Assembly: GCF_030144855.1 (NCBI RefSeq)
Contig: NC_082712.1
Location: 90,334,001-90,398,000, forward strand
Length of the DNA stretch: 64,000 nt
Direction of reading: 5' to 3'
Source of the DNA: Hypanus sabinus
Lineage: Eukaryota
The notes beneath the pieces are model-generated. The model made no database searches. It was not told the origin of the DNA and saw only the letters and a list, made by a program, of their open reading frames with translations. The translations under genes and the position numbers were made by a program. Shown here piece by piece: positions 13,725-27,210 of this stretch; positions within the stretch are counted from its first letter, which is position 1, and the number at the start of each line of letters is the position of its first letter.

Positions 13725-13844
13725 CTAGATATGTAGACTCCTTGAGTTGTGGAGAGATATGTTCAGTGTCCGCTTTATTACATACCTCCTGTACCCAATA
13801 AAGTGGCCAGAGTGCATCTTCATGGTCTTCTGCTGCTGTAAGTC

Positions 13845-15775
13845 CAGGGGTCACCGACCTTTTTGCACCGCGGACCGGTTTAATATTGACAATATTCTTG
13901 CAGACCAGCCGGCAGGGGGGGTGGGGATGGTGTTAATCACGATCAGAATATAGGTGATGTCAACTGTAAGTCTAATACACTCAATTTCATTGCTAAAAGG
14001 GTTTATCTAACAAATTTAATATTAAACACACAGTGCATATTTTCCTCACATAAATATAGTGATGTCAATTATCAGTCACTTATAAGTCAATAGCATCATA
14101 ACATTTTAAGTAACATTTGGATATTAAACACACATCGCATATTTTCCTCGTATGAACACATAAAATCATTGCAACACCAAAATCGCTGAATCAGTGGGAG
14201 CCCTGGGCTTGCTTCCCTGCAACAAGACAGGTCCCATCGAGGGGTGATGGGAGAGAGCGACACTGGAAGGGGGCTCCTTATGTCCAGTCTATTCCACAAT
14301 TTAATTTTCGTGGCTCTCAGCACTTGCCTCTGTCCCGCTTGCTCACATTTTTCCGCTCAAAAAACTCAACGGGTTTGTCTTTAAGTGCAGGGCGCTTGGA
14401 CTCAAGGTACCGAAGCAGTTCTGAGGCTTCATTGCCTCATTCGACAGCCTCCCGCCCGCCGCCCGAGGCCTTGGCCAGGTGCGGCTGGTCGTGGGTGGGG
14501 TGAGAGGACGAGGTCAGGGCCGGAGCCGCAGCGATCGCAGTCCGGAGAGAGTGACCGACCGAGCGGGGAGAGCGGCAGGGCGCCCGCCCGCCCGCCCGCC
14601 TCGCTTGTAGGATCTACCGGCCGAGGGGTGACTTTCAGTCCATCGCAGCGAGGTAGCTGCTCTGCTTCTTCCGAAACCCTGAGCCCGAATTCGGTCGTCT
14701 GCGAATATTTTAGCACCGGGTTCCCCACGACCATTCGGTGTGGTGAAGAGGTTTGGAGGCGGCGCCACCCGTCCGCGCTCCGGGCCGGTACCAACGGCGC
14801 TTCCCGCCGGCCGCGCGAGGCGCCGGTTGCCCGAGGCCGACCGGTGATCCTGGCGCGAGGGTGCCGCTGCGGTTAGGCGGGTAACGACCTGGCGTGACCG
14901 GCAATGAGGGAAGGTGTTGCTGACTCGTACCGTTTCATATCAACAAATCATATAGTATTTTTATTAAACAAAATATACTTTATTCAAAAATAAAATTATA
15001 TACAATAAACCATTCAATGACTCTCAATCCTTTACAACTGTTTCCATTACGGTCTTTACATTGTCACACTTTCCATCACCCACCTGGCACTCTGTTATTC
15101 CATATTAACATTCCCCTGTTCAGGGGTATACACCCCACCGCCCTACCCTCAACTCCCACGGGAGAAGAACCCTAGACTGTGGTCCTCCCCCACCGAGCCC
15201 TTGCGGTGGCTGCACCGAGTTTGAGTGTGTCCCTCAGCCAGTACTCCTGCAGCCGAGAATGTGCCGGTCGGCAGCATTCCCCCACGGACATCTCCGTGTG
15301 CTGGCAGACCATCAAGTTTCGGGCCGACCAAAGAGCGTCTTTCACCGAGTTGATGATCTGCCAGCAGCACCGGATGTTGGTCTCGGTGTGCGTCCCCGGG
15401 AACAGCCCGTAGATCAGAGAGTCCTCCATTACGCAGCTGCTGGGGATGAACCTCGACACTGTCCCTTTCATCCTCCTCCACACCTTCTCCGCGAGCCCAC
15501 AGTGTGCAAAGAGGTGGGTCACTGACTCCTCACTGCAGTCCTCCCGTGGGCAGAGGGGTGTGGAGACGACGTTCCGGGTGTACCGGAGGGATCTGACTGG
15601 GAGGGCCCCTCTCACCGTCAGCCAGGCGAGGTCTTGGTGCCTGTTGGTGAGGTCTGGCAATGAGGCATTTTGCCAGATGAACTGGATGGTCTGCTCAGGG
15701 ATAGTTTCCTTGCGGAAAGTAGCACATGCTTTGTGGCCCGATACCAGTCCGCGGCCCGGTGGTTGGGGACCACTG
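13845..15775. mobile_element. Non-autonomous hAT element with a CpG-rich interior, carrying an L1/Tx1 insertion
   Basis: Ends caggggtcaccgacc / ggttggggaccactg. Near-TSD ctgta(a)gtc / ctgtagtc. It interrupts a Tc1-type MITE (about 13760-16200). Confidence 0.75.
14975..15740 (-). mobile_element. L1/Tx1-clade LINE 3' fragment
   Basis: LAWLTVRGALPVR..CPREDC..ESVTHLFAHC zf-RVT motif and an A-rich 3' end. Confidence 0.85.
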
Positions 15776-17142
15776 CTGTAGTCCATCCACTTCAAGGTTA
15801 GACATATTGTGCATCTGGAGATGTTCCTCTGCACACCACTGTTGTAAACGGGTGTGATTATTTGAGTTACAGTCACCTTCCTGGCAGCTTGAAGCAGTTT
15901 GGCCATTCTCCCCTGATATCTCTCATTAACACGGCATTTTTGCCCACAGAACTGCTGCTCACTGGGTGCTTTTCACACCATTCTCTGCAAACTCTAGAGA
16001 CTGCTGTGTGTGAAAATCCCAGGAGATACTCAAACCACCCTGTCTGGCACCAACAATGACTCACTCCACAGTCGAAGTCGCTTAGTCATTTCTTCCCCGT
16101 TCTGATGTTTAGTCCGCACAACATCTGAATCTCTTGACCAGGTCCGCTTGCCTCTGTGTATTGAGTCGCTGCCACATGATTGGCTGATTAGGTATTTGCA
16201 TTAGCAAGCAGGATCATTGAGTGTACATCATGGAAACAGGCCCTTTAGCCCATCAAGTCCATGCTGACCATCAACCATCCATTTACCCCGATCCCATTTC
16301 AATGCCACATTCCCATCAACTGCCCCCAGCTTCCGGCCCTCACATCCCCACAATGGAGATAATTTACAGTGGCACCAATCCTGCATGTCTTGAAATATGG
16401 GAAGATACTGGAGGTATGAGGCAGATTTAATTACAATCACTATGATTAAAGCAGGTATGGTAAAGAAATTTGGATGCTGCATAGGTAGGGAAAGGCTCAG
16501 AGGGACATGGGCCAAATGCGGGCAAACATGCTTTTTGGTTCCGCGCCCTGGTCAGCATCAAAGATTTGGGCTGAACCAGCTGTTCCCCTGACCTATGGCT
16601 CAATCCCCATCCTTTTTCTGCATCTCTCCCCCGCTCTCTCTTTTCCCTTTTCTCTCTCCATCTCTTTTTCTCTCTATCTCTTTCTCTCCCTCTCTTAGTC
16701 AGGACCTGATGAGGGGTCTTGGCCTAAAACGTCAACTGTACTCTTTTCCATAGATGCTGCCTGGCCTGCTGAGTTCCTCCAGCATGTTGTGGGTGCTGCT
16801 GAGATACTGAAGTTCTGGGTTATGGACTATCGTTTTTTTGATGGATTTTGGATCAAGGTCTGTTTATGGGCTTTGCGGTTGCTTGCATGGGGGAGGGGGT
16901 TGGGAGTTGATGCTTTTGCTGGTGCAAGTCCAGGGGAGGTGGAGGGGAAGGGGTGATGATTTTGCTGGTGCCTGTGTGCAGAAGGGGAAGAGGAGTGGTT
17001 TCTGATGTTTTTGTCATTCTTTGTAGTTTTTTTCTGCTTCATGGATGCCTGCAAAGAGTGAGAATTTCAGGCTGTATACATTCTCCGATATGGAACTGAA
17101 CCGTCTGATGAGAAGAAGTGCACTTTGATCAGCAGTACTCAC

Positions 17143-17502
17143 TGACAATTAGCAGCACAGAAACATTTCCGTGAACGGTCTCATTTCCGGGGGGATCGAG
17201 GAGTGTAACCCCACACCTGTAGGTACCATTGTCTGTGAAAGAAACTTCCTTGATGGTCAGGACCGAGGATTTATTCCAGCCGTGAGCCGCGATGGAAAGC
17301 CTTCCATCCCAACTGCTGCACCGGTTCGACTCCCGTCCCGGGACCGCGACGGTGCAGGACACCTCAGCCCTCTCGCTGACCCAGGTGAAGCTGAGGTTCC
17401 TCACATCGGCGACCGCTCGTTGGAGGCTGCAGGTCAGCCTGGCATCTTCTCCTTCCAGCGCTGTGATGAGGGAGGGCAGCTGGGAGACCGTCAGCGGGGA
17501 CG
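17143..17502 (-). CDS. Intact Ig V exon V3' (near-copy of 41773-42132) within the decayed minus-strand paralog
   Basis: Acceptor cttcttatatag|CG, donor GTCA|gtgagt, 360 nt open frame. 22 of 360 nt differ from V3 by manual count. Confidence 0.88.
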
Positions 17503-18764
17503 CTATATAAGAAGGCACAGAACTCAGACAGAGGGCTGGGAATGGGCTCGGAAGGGAAGTTCAACCAGAAATAGTTGGGGGAAAACAAGAGATGAATTCC
17601 AAACGCGGAGGACCAGATTGATTGAACCACGTTAACTATCCCCACCAGATGTAGGACCCAGCTCAGAGTTAGAGGAAAACTTTGCCCACCCAGAGACTGG
17701 TGAGTACCTGCAAAGCTACCTGGGTACTTAGACCAGCCCTTCGATCTCCTGTGATCAGGCCAAGTGTTAGAAGATGGGATCAGAGTGTAAAGGTCAGTGT
17801 CAACATGGCCTGTTTCCATGCTGTCGTTGAGACAAAGGAGATTGTGCAGTTGCTGGAAATCTTGAGGAACGTACATAAAAGTATGGGGGATTCCAGCAGG
17901 TTAGACGGCATCTCTGCTGGGAAATGAACAGTTGTCACTTTGGTCCGAGACCCTTCTTCAGGATTTGATTTAGGCAAGATGGCACTAGCATCTATGAAGA
18001 CATCCTGCAGTTGGTTCATAAATCTACTTCTTCTCCTCCTTTTAAATATACTTCTGCTATTAATCTGTGTGCGATTGGAGTCTGTAATTTACATTTTCAT
18101 AAGGAGCTGACTGAGTGATCTGGCGCTTCTACTGTCTCCTGTCTCCGCAGGAATTCGGCATGGTTGAGAACGGACTGCGTGGCCTAATGACAGTGTGTGA
18201 ACCCACGGTCAGCTCCAATTCTTGACCAGCTCGCCGATTAGAAGGTTGAAATCACTGAGGACGAGGGTGGGAGGTAAGCAACAGTGTTCAGCACTGTTTC
18301 ACCAGTCTCCCTCTGCCTCTCACTCGCTGCTGCCAGAGCTAGGGGCAGGAGGCTTGTGTCTTTGGTAAAGATGTTGCCGGGAGTAGCGAGCCTGAGTTGC
18401 AGGGAGGTTCTGGCTAGGCTTGGAGCATAAAAGAAAGAGGGGCAACCTCATAGAAGTGTTTAAAATTTGATAAGGTGGATGGTAACAGTCTTTTCCCCAC
18501 AGAAGGGGAGTCTAAAGCAGGGAGCAGAGGTTTAGAGCGAGGTGGGAAAGATTATCAATAGACCCATTGCTCCACAGCCTTCTCTTGTGCCAGAATATGG
18601 CCACCCTCAGAGTGGAGGAGCCAAACCTTATATTCCATCTGGGCAGTTTCCAACCTGATGGCATGAATATTCATATCTCCTTCCAGTAAAGAAAAATACA
18701 TTTTCCCTCCCCTCCCCTCTTCCTCTAATCCCCACTCTGGGTTTTTACCTCTCTTTACATAGAA

Positions 18765-20830
18765 ACATAGAAAACCCACAGCACAATACAGGCCCTTCGG
18801 CCCACAAAGCTGTGCTGAACATGTCCTTACCTTAGAACTACATAGACTTTACCCATAGCCCTCTATTTTTCTAAGCTCCATGTATCCATCCAGGAGTCTG
18901 TTAAAGACCCTATCATTTCCGCCTCCACCACCCCTGCCGACAGCCCATTCCACACAATCACCACTCTGCGTAAAAAACTTACCCCTGACATCTCCTCTGT
19001 ACCTACTTCCAAGCACCTTAAAACTATGCCCTCTCATACTAGCCATTTCAACCCTGAGGAAAAGCCTCTGACTATCCACACGATCTATGCCTCTCATTAT
19101 CTCGTACACCTCTATCAGGTCACCTCTCATCCTCCGGCACTCCAAGGAGAAAAGGCCAAGTTTACTCAATCTATTCTCATAAGGCATGCTCCCCAATCCA
19201 GGCAACATCCTTGTAAATCTCCTCTGCACCCTTTCTATGGTTTCCACATCCTTCCTGTAGTGAGGCGACCAGAGTTGAGCACAGTACTCCAAGTGGGGTC
19301 TGACCAGGGTCCTATATAGCTGCAACATTACCTCTTGGCTCTTAAACTCAATCCCACGGTTGAAGGCCAATGCACCTTCTTAACCACAGAGTCAACCTGT
19401 GCAGCAGCTTTGAGTGTCCTATGGACTCGGACCCCAAGATCCCTCTGATCCTCCACACTGCCAAGAGTCTTACCATTAATACTATATTCTACCATCATGT
19501 TTGACCTACCAAAATGAACCACCTCACACTTATCTGGGTTGAACTCCATCTGCCACTTCTCAGCTCAGTTCTGCATCCTATCAATGTCCTGCTGTAACTT
19601 CTGACAGCCCTCCACACTGTCCACAATACCCCCAACCTTTGTGTCATCAGCAAGTTTACTAACCCATCTCTCCACTTCCTCATCCAGGTCATTAATAAAA
19701 ATCACAAGATGTAGTAGTCCCAGAACAGATCCCTGAGGCACACCACTGGTCACCGACCTCCATGCAGAATATGACCCGTCTGCCACCACTCTTTGCCTTC
19801 CATGGGCAATCAGTTCTGGATCCACAAAGCAATGTCCCCTTGGATCCCATGCCTCCTTACTTTCTCAATAAGCCTTACATGGGGTACCTTATCAAATGCC
19901 TTGCTGAAATCCATATACACTACATCTACTGCTCTTCCTTCATCAGTATGTTTAGTCACATCCTCAAAAAATTCAATCAGGCTCATAAGACACAACTTGC
20001 CTTTGACAAAGCCATGCTGACTTTTCCTAATCATATTATACCTCTCCATATGTTATTAAATCCTGCCACTCAGGATCTTCTCCATCAACTTACCAACCAC
20101 TGAAGTAAGACTCAGTGGCCTATAATTACCTGGACTATCTCTACTCCCTTTCTTGAATACAGGAACAACATCCACAACCCTCCAATCCTCCAGATCCTCT
20201 CCCATCCTCGATGATGTAAAGATCATCGCCAGAGGCTCAGCAACCTGCTCCCTCGCTTCCCACAGTAACCTGGGTTACATCCTGTCTGGTCCTGGTGACT
20301 TACCCAACTTGATACTTTCCAAAGGCTCCAGCACATCCTCTTCCTTAATATCTACACTCTCAAGCTTTTCAGTCCATTACAAATCATAACTACTATCACC
20401 AAGATCCTTTTCCGTAGTGAATATTGAAGCAAAGTATTCATAAAGTACCTCCGCTATCTCCTCCGGTTCCATACACACTTTTCCACTGTCACACTTGATT
20501 GGTCCTATTCTCTCACGTCTTATCCTCTTACTCTTCCCATATTTGTAGAATGTCTTGGGGTTTTCCTTAATCCTGTCTGCCAAGGCCTTCTCATGGCCCC
20601 TTCTGGCTCTCCTAATTCCATTCTTAAGCTCCTTCCTGCTAGCTTTATAATCTTCTAGATCTCTATCATTACCTAGTTTTTTGAACCTTTTGTAAGCTCT
20701 TCTTTTCTTTTTGACCAGATTTACAACAGCTGTTGTACACCACGGATTTTGTACCCTTCCATCCTTTCCATAACTCATTGGAATGTACCTACACAGAACC
20801 CCACTCAAATATCCCCTGAACGTTTGCCAC
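18765..20830 (-). mobile_element. CR1 LINE fragment (RT, decayed)
   Basis: [29 protein letters not shown] and RGDLIEVY motifs in broken frames. Confidence 0.9.
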
Positions 20831-21519
20831 ATTTCTTCCTGCCTATCACTTCTCCCTGGGTCCTCTCCTCCTTCTCTTTCTCCTCTCTTGTCAGATTCCG
20901 TCTCCTCTAGCCCTTGACCTTTTCCATTCACCTGGTTTCACCTATCACCTTCTAGCCAGTCTCCTCCCCCTTCCCCAACTTTTTATCCTGGCATCTTCCT
21001 CCTTTCTTTTCGGTCCCGAGGAAGGATCTTGGTCCAAAGCTTTGAATGTTTATTCACCTCCGTAGATGCTTCCTGACCTGCTGAGTTCCTCCAGCATTTG
21101 GTGTGTGTTGCTCTGGGCCTCAGGGGCAACTTTTTCACACAGAGGGCGGTGGGTATATGGAACGAGCTGCCAGAGGAAGTGGTTGAGGGTACTTCAGTAT
21201 CATTTAAGAGGCACTTGGATAGGTATATGGTGGGGAGAGGCTGAGAGGGACATGGTCCTAACACAGGAGAATGGTACTGGCAAGGTAAGTACATGGTCAG
21301 CACAGACTGGTTGTGCTGAAGGGCCTGTATCCCAGATATATTGCACTGTGACTCTTTAACTCTCCACTCCAGTGTGGCACAGTAGTGTAGTGGTTTGTGT
21401 AATGATTTACAATGCCAGCAACCTGGGTTCAATTCCCTCCACTGCCTGCGAGCAACTTGCATGCTCTCCCCGTGATCATGTGGGTTTCCTCCAGCTGCTC
21501 GTTTCCTCCCCAAGCCCAG

Positions 21520-24500
21520 AGACATACGGGTAGAGACTCCAGGCTGGATAGTGAAATGCTGCTCCTGTGGGATGTAGGAAGGCAAGGAGACCCCCAGTGT
21601 CCCCGACGACTACAGCTGCAGCCTCCAACAATCCACGTTAAGGAGTTGAAGCTGGAACTGGATGAACTCTGGATCGTTCGAGGGGCTGAAGGGTGGTAGA
21701 TGCGACATAGAGAGAGGTAGTTACACCCGAGGTGCAGGACACAGGAAACTGGGTGACAGTCAGGAAGGGGAAAGGAGTTATGGAGCCAGTGTAGAGTACC
21801 CCTTAGATAGACCTAAGCAACTGCAAGGGTAAAAAGACCCTGATGGGAGTTGTATACAGACCCCCAAACAGTAGTAAGGATATGGCCTACAATGAGAGAT
21901 AGAAAATGCATGCCAAAAGGGCAATGTTACAATGCTCATGGGGGACTTCAATGTGCAGGTAGATTAGGAAAATTAGTTTGGTGCTGGATTATAGGAGGGA
22001 GGGTTTCTAGCTGGCTACGAAATGGCTTTTTAGAGCAGCTCATGGTTGAGCCCACTAGAGGATCAGCTATTGTTCGATGAACCAGAATTGATTAGAAAGC
22101 TTAAGGTAAAAGTACCCTGAAGGGCAAAGGATCATAATATGATGGAATTCACCCTGAAATTTGAGGAGAAGATAAAGTCAAATGTGTCAGTATTACAGTG
22201 AAGCAAAGGGAATTACAGAGGCACGAGAGAGGAGTTGGCCAGAATTGATTGGAAAAGAACACTGGCAGGGATGCACTGGTAGAGTAACAACAGCTGGAAT
22301 TTTTGGAAGCAATTTGGAATGCACAGGGTATATGCATCCCAAAGGGAAAATGATGTAACTGTGGCTGACAACAGAAGCAAAAGCCAAAGAGCAGGCACAT
22401 AATAGAACAAAAAATAGTGGGAAGTGAGGATTAGGAAACTTTTAATAACTAACAGAAGGCAACTAAAAAAGTAATTAAGGTAAAAATAGAATATGAAAGT
22501 AAGCTAGCCAATAACTTTAAAGAGGATAACGAAAGGTTATTATGAAATATTAAGTGTAAAAGAGAGTGGATATCCGACCGCTGGAAAGATAGTAATGGGG
22601 ACAAGGAAATAGCAGATGAACTGAATAAGTATTTTGCATCAGTCTTCATTGTGGAAGACACTAATAGCATGGAGAAAGTCCCAGGTGTCAGCAGACATGA
22701 AGTGTGTGAAGTTACTATAACTAGAGAGAAGGTTATTGGGAAACTGAAAGGTTTGAAAATAGATTAGTCACCTGGACCAGGGAGTGTACACCCCAGGGTT
22801 CTGAAAGAGGTGGTTGAAGAGTTTGGAGAGGCATTAGTAATGATGATTCAAGAATGACTCGATAGATTCTGGAATAATTCCAGAAGACTGGAAAATTGCA
22901 AATGTCACTCCACTCTTCAAGAAGGGAGAGAGACAGAAGAAAGGAAATGATAGGCCAGTTAGTCTGACCGAAGTGGTTGGGAAGATGTTAGTCGATTATT
23001 AAGGATGAGATCTCAGGGTACTTGAAGGCACATGGTAAAATAGGCTGTAGTCAGCATGGCTTCCTCAAGGGAAAATCTTGCCTGATAAAACTGGTGGAAT
23101 TCATGGAAGAAATAGCAACCAGGACAGACAAAAAATAATCAGTTGATGTTGCGTACTTGTCTTCAGAAACAAAAACCCTACAGCACAATACAGGCCCTTC
23201 AGCCCACAATGCTGTGCCGAACATGTACTTACTTTAGAAATTACCAACGGTTACCGTTAGCCCGATATTTCTAAGCTCCATGTATCAACCAGGAGCCTCT
23301 TAAAAGACCCTACTGTATCCGCCTCCACCACAGTCACTGGCAGCCCACTCTCTGCGTAAAATCTTACCCGTGACATCTCCTCTGTACCTGCTTCCAATCA
23401 CCTTAAAACTATGCCCTCTCATGTGAACCATTTCAGCCCCATGAAAAAGCCTCTGACCATCCACATGATCAATGCCTCTCATCATCTTATACACCTCTAT
23501 CAGGTCACCTCTTATCCTCCACCACTCCAAGGAGAAAAGGCCGTGTTCCCTCAACCTATTCTCATAAGGCATGCTCCCCAATCCAGGCAACATCCTTGTA
23601 AATCTCCTCTGCACCCTTTCTATAGTTTCCACATCCTTCCTGTAGTGAGGCAACCAGAACTGAGCACAGTACTCCAGGTGGGGTCTGACCAGGGTTTTAT
23701 ACTGCTGTAACATTACCCAACAGCTCTTAAACTCAATCCCACAGTTGATGAAGGCCAATACACCGTATGCCTTCTTAACCACAGAGTCAACCTGTGCAGC
23801 AGCTTTGAGTGTCCTATGGACTCGGACCCCAAGATCCCTCTGATCCTCCACACTGCCAAGAGTCTTACCATTAATACTATAGTCTGCCATCATATTTGAC
23901 CTACCAAAATGAACCACCTCATACTTATCTGGGTTGAACTACATTTGCCAGCTCTCAGCCCAATTTTGCATCTACAACCACTCTTTCCCTTCTGTGGGCA
24001 AGCCAGTTCTGGATCCACAAAGCAATGTCCCCTTGGATCCCATGCCTCCTTGCTTTCTCAATAAGCCTTGCATGGGGTACATACTTTTGAGAAAGTATTT
24101 GACAAGGTGCCACACACGAGGCTGCTTAACAAGCTATGAGCCCATGATTCTAGCATGGATAAAATAGTAGCTGATTGGCAGGAGGCAAAGAGTGGGAATG
24201 AAGGGAGCCTTTTCTGATTGGCTGCCAGTGACTAGTGGTGTTCCACAGGAGTCTGTGTTGGGACCATTTTTTTTTACCTCATATGTCAATGATTTGAATG
24301 ATGGAATTGATGGCTTTGTTGCAAAAGTTTGCAGATGATATGAAGATAGGTGGAGGGGCAGGTAGTTTTGAGGAAGTAGAAAAGTTAAAGTAGGACTTAG
24401 AGAGATTTGGAGAATGGGCAAAGAAATGGCAGATGGAATACTGTGTCAGGAAGTGTGTGGTCATGCATTTTGGTAGAAGGGTTTGACTATTTTCTGAGGT

Positions 24501-25200
24501 GCTAAGGTGCAAAAGGAAGTTAGGAGTCCTTGTGCAGGATTCCATCAAGATTAATTTGCAGGTTGAGTCGGTGGTGAGGAAGGCAAGTGCAGTGTCCGCA
24601 TTCATTTCAAGAAGACTAGAAGATAAAAGCAAGAATGTAACGCTGAGACAATAAAACACTGGTGAGGCCTCACTTGGAGTGTTGTGAACAGATTTGGATC
24701 CCTTACCTTAGAAAGGATGTGCTGAAACTGGAGAGGGTTCAAAGGAGGTTAATGAAAATGATTCAATGATTGAATGGCTTGTCATATGAAGAGTGTTGAT
24801 GGCTCTGGACCTGTATTTGCTGAAATTCAGAAGAATGAGAGGTGATCTCATTGAATCCTATCGAATAGTGAAAGGTCTTAATAGAGTGGATGCGGAGAGC
24901 ATTTTTGCTATGGCGGGGTGTCCAAGACCAGAGGATACAGCCTCAGAATAGAGGGGCATCCTTTTAGAATGGAAATGAGGAGGAATTTCTTTAGCCAGAG
25001 AGTGGTGAATCTGTGGAAGTCTTTGCCACGGGCAGTTGTAGATGCCCTAGTCTTTATATTTAAGGCAGAGGTTGATAGATTCTTGATTGGTCAGGGCATG
25101 AAGGGATACAGGGAGAAGGCAGGAGGTTGGGGCCGAGAGGAAAATTGATGATGAAATGACAGAGGAGACTTGATGGGCCAAATGGCCTAATTCTGCTCCT
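21520..25200 (+). mobile_element. Decayed plus-strand CR1 interrupted by a minus-strand CR1 (about 23165-24085)
   Basis: CR1 endonuclease/RT sequence on + resumes after an oppositely oriented CR1 3' piece (ORF 23300-23917). Confidence 0.8.
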
Positions 25201-25508
25201 ATACCTTATGGAAGAAGAAGAAGAAGAATAGCCCTTAACTCGGCAGTGGGGTTATCAGGGCATTGTCATGACAGTGTTTCCGTAGCGAGCTGTTCTTGTT
25301 TTTACGAGGCCGAGTTGCTAGCTCAATGCTAAACCCAACCTGGATTCGAACTTGGGAACCTTCACTCCGGAGTCCAGTGCTGATATTATTGCACCACCAA
25401 GCGACTATACCTCATGGGTCAATAGGCAATTGGTGATGTGGGTGCACGGGCTTGATGGGAAGGAAGTGCATGTTGTATCTCTTAATTTAAAAAAGTAACA
25501 TTACCTAC

Positions 25509-25861
25509 CTTCAACCAGAACCACTGAGCCATTTCCAGAGAGGTCTGAGATTTGCAAAGGATTGGTGATCACAATCTCACACTGTTAGCTTCCGCTGTCG
25601 TTTAGTAAAGCTTGAGTGATTGTAAACTGAAGATTTGGTTTCCAAGTCAATTGTGTTGAGGACCCGCAAGTCAGGAATGAGGTTACACTGCCACAGTGTG
25701 GACTCACTAACTATTACAAAGCAAATGGTTGAAGATGTTCCCCATGAACTCTGTCTCCCTTCATGCTGTCTGTAAGGTCCAAGTCAGTTTAATGGGCTCC
25801 TTATCCCTCACCGAGAGGGAGGCAGGGACCTGGGAGAAACTTCCCAATGCTGAACTAGATT
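25509..25861 (-). pseudogene. Pseudo-exon paralogous to V2
   Basis: Aligns to V2 end to end (CCCTGCCTCCCTCTCGGTGAGGGA identical; ends GGAAATGGCTCAGTGGTTCTGGTTGAAG|gtaggt). Lesions: acceptor tatccag>tatccat, first Cys TGT>TGG, TGA, TAT>TAA at YxC, and frameshifting deletions. Confidence 0.88.
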
Positions 25862-26159
25862 ATGGATAAACAAGGAGATGTCTTTAATCTTAAAAAGGTG
25901 CCACAAAAAGGCAGTGTCCATCATTAAGGCGGTGTCCATCAGGACATGCCCTCTTCTCATTATTATCATCAGGAGGAGATACAGGAGCCTGAAGGCACAC
26001 ACTCAGCGATTCAGGAACAGTGTCTTCCCCTCTGAGAGTTCAACTAATTTACCAATTTTAACATCAAGAGTCAACTTGTCACCGAGAGCAGCAGTTCCTG
26101 GAGTTCCCAAGGGCAATTGAAAAGGCACAGGATAGACACATTCCAAGAAGTAGAATCAT

Positions 26160-27210
26160 ACCAAAGGCAGGGTGACACAACCATGAACAACAGGGGAAGT
26201 GAAAGCAAACACAAAAGTCAATGAGAGGGCAGATAGTAGAGCAAAAAAAAATAGAGGGAAGTTAGAGGACAAGGAAACTTAAAAACCAACAGAAAGCAAC
26301 TACAGAGATCATAAAGAGGGAAAAGATGGAACAGCTTAGACAGGTGGAGGGGCAGTAGTGTTGTGACAGTAGAGAGGCAATAGAAGGAGTTAGATTAGGA
26401 GAATGTGCAAAAAAAATGGCGGATGGAATATAGTGTCAGGAAATGTATGGCCATGCACAAGACATAAAAGTGTAGACAATTTTCTAAATGGAGAGAAAAT
26501 TCAAAGCTTGAAGGTGAGAGGGGAGCTGGGAGTCATGATGCAGGATTCCAGAGGTTAGTTTTCAGGTTGGTGAGGAAGGCAGGTGCAATGTTGGCATTCA
26601 TTTTGAGAGGACTGGAGTATAAAAGCAGGGATGTAATGTTGAAGCTCCATAAGGCGCTGGTGAGGCCTCACTTAGAGTACTGCGAACAGTTTGGGGCCCC
26701 TTATCTAAGAAAGGATGTGCTGGCATTGGAGTGGGTTCAAAGGAGGGTCACGGAAATGATTCTGGGATTATAAGGCTTATTGTATGAGGAGCGTTTGATG
26801 ACTCTGGGCCTGTACTCACTGGAATTCAGAAGAGTGATGGGGGAGTCTCGTTGAAACTGATCTGATATTGAAAGGCCTTGATAGAGTGGATCTGAAGAGG
26901 ATGTTTCCTATGTTGGGGGAGTCTAGCACCAGATGGCACAGACTCAGACTACAGGGATGTCCATTTAGAGCAGAGATGGAGAGGAATTTCAAGCAATATG
27001 TGGAATTTGTTGCTACAGGCGGCTTTGGAGGCCGAGTCATTGGGTATATTTAAGGCAGAGGTTGATAGATTCTTGATTAGACAGGGTATGAAGAATTTTG
27101 GGGAGAAGGGAGGAGATTGGGGCTGAGTGGGAAATGGATCAGCCATGATGAAATGCTGGAGCAGACTTGATGAGCCAAATGGCCTGTTTCTATTCCTGTA
27201 TCTTATGGTC
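26160..27210 (+). mobile_element. CR1 LINE fragment
   Basis: LVRPHLEYCEQF motif and a CR1 3' end. Confidence 0.85.

Noticed and set aside
14385-14904. GC-rich ORFs and CpG island as a host gene 5' end
   Set aside because: They lie inside a hAT element bounded by TIRs and a near-TSD, and the peptides are low-complexity.
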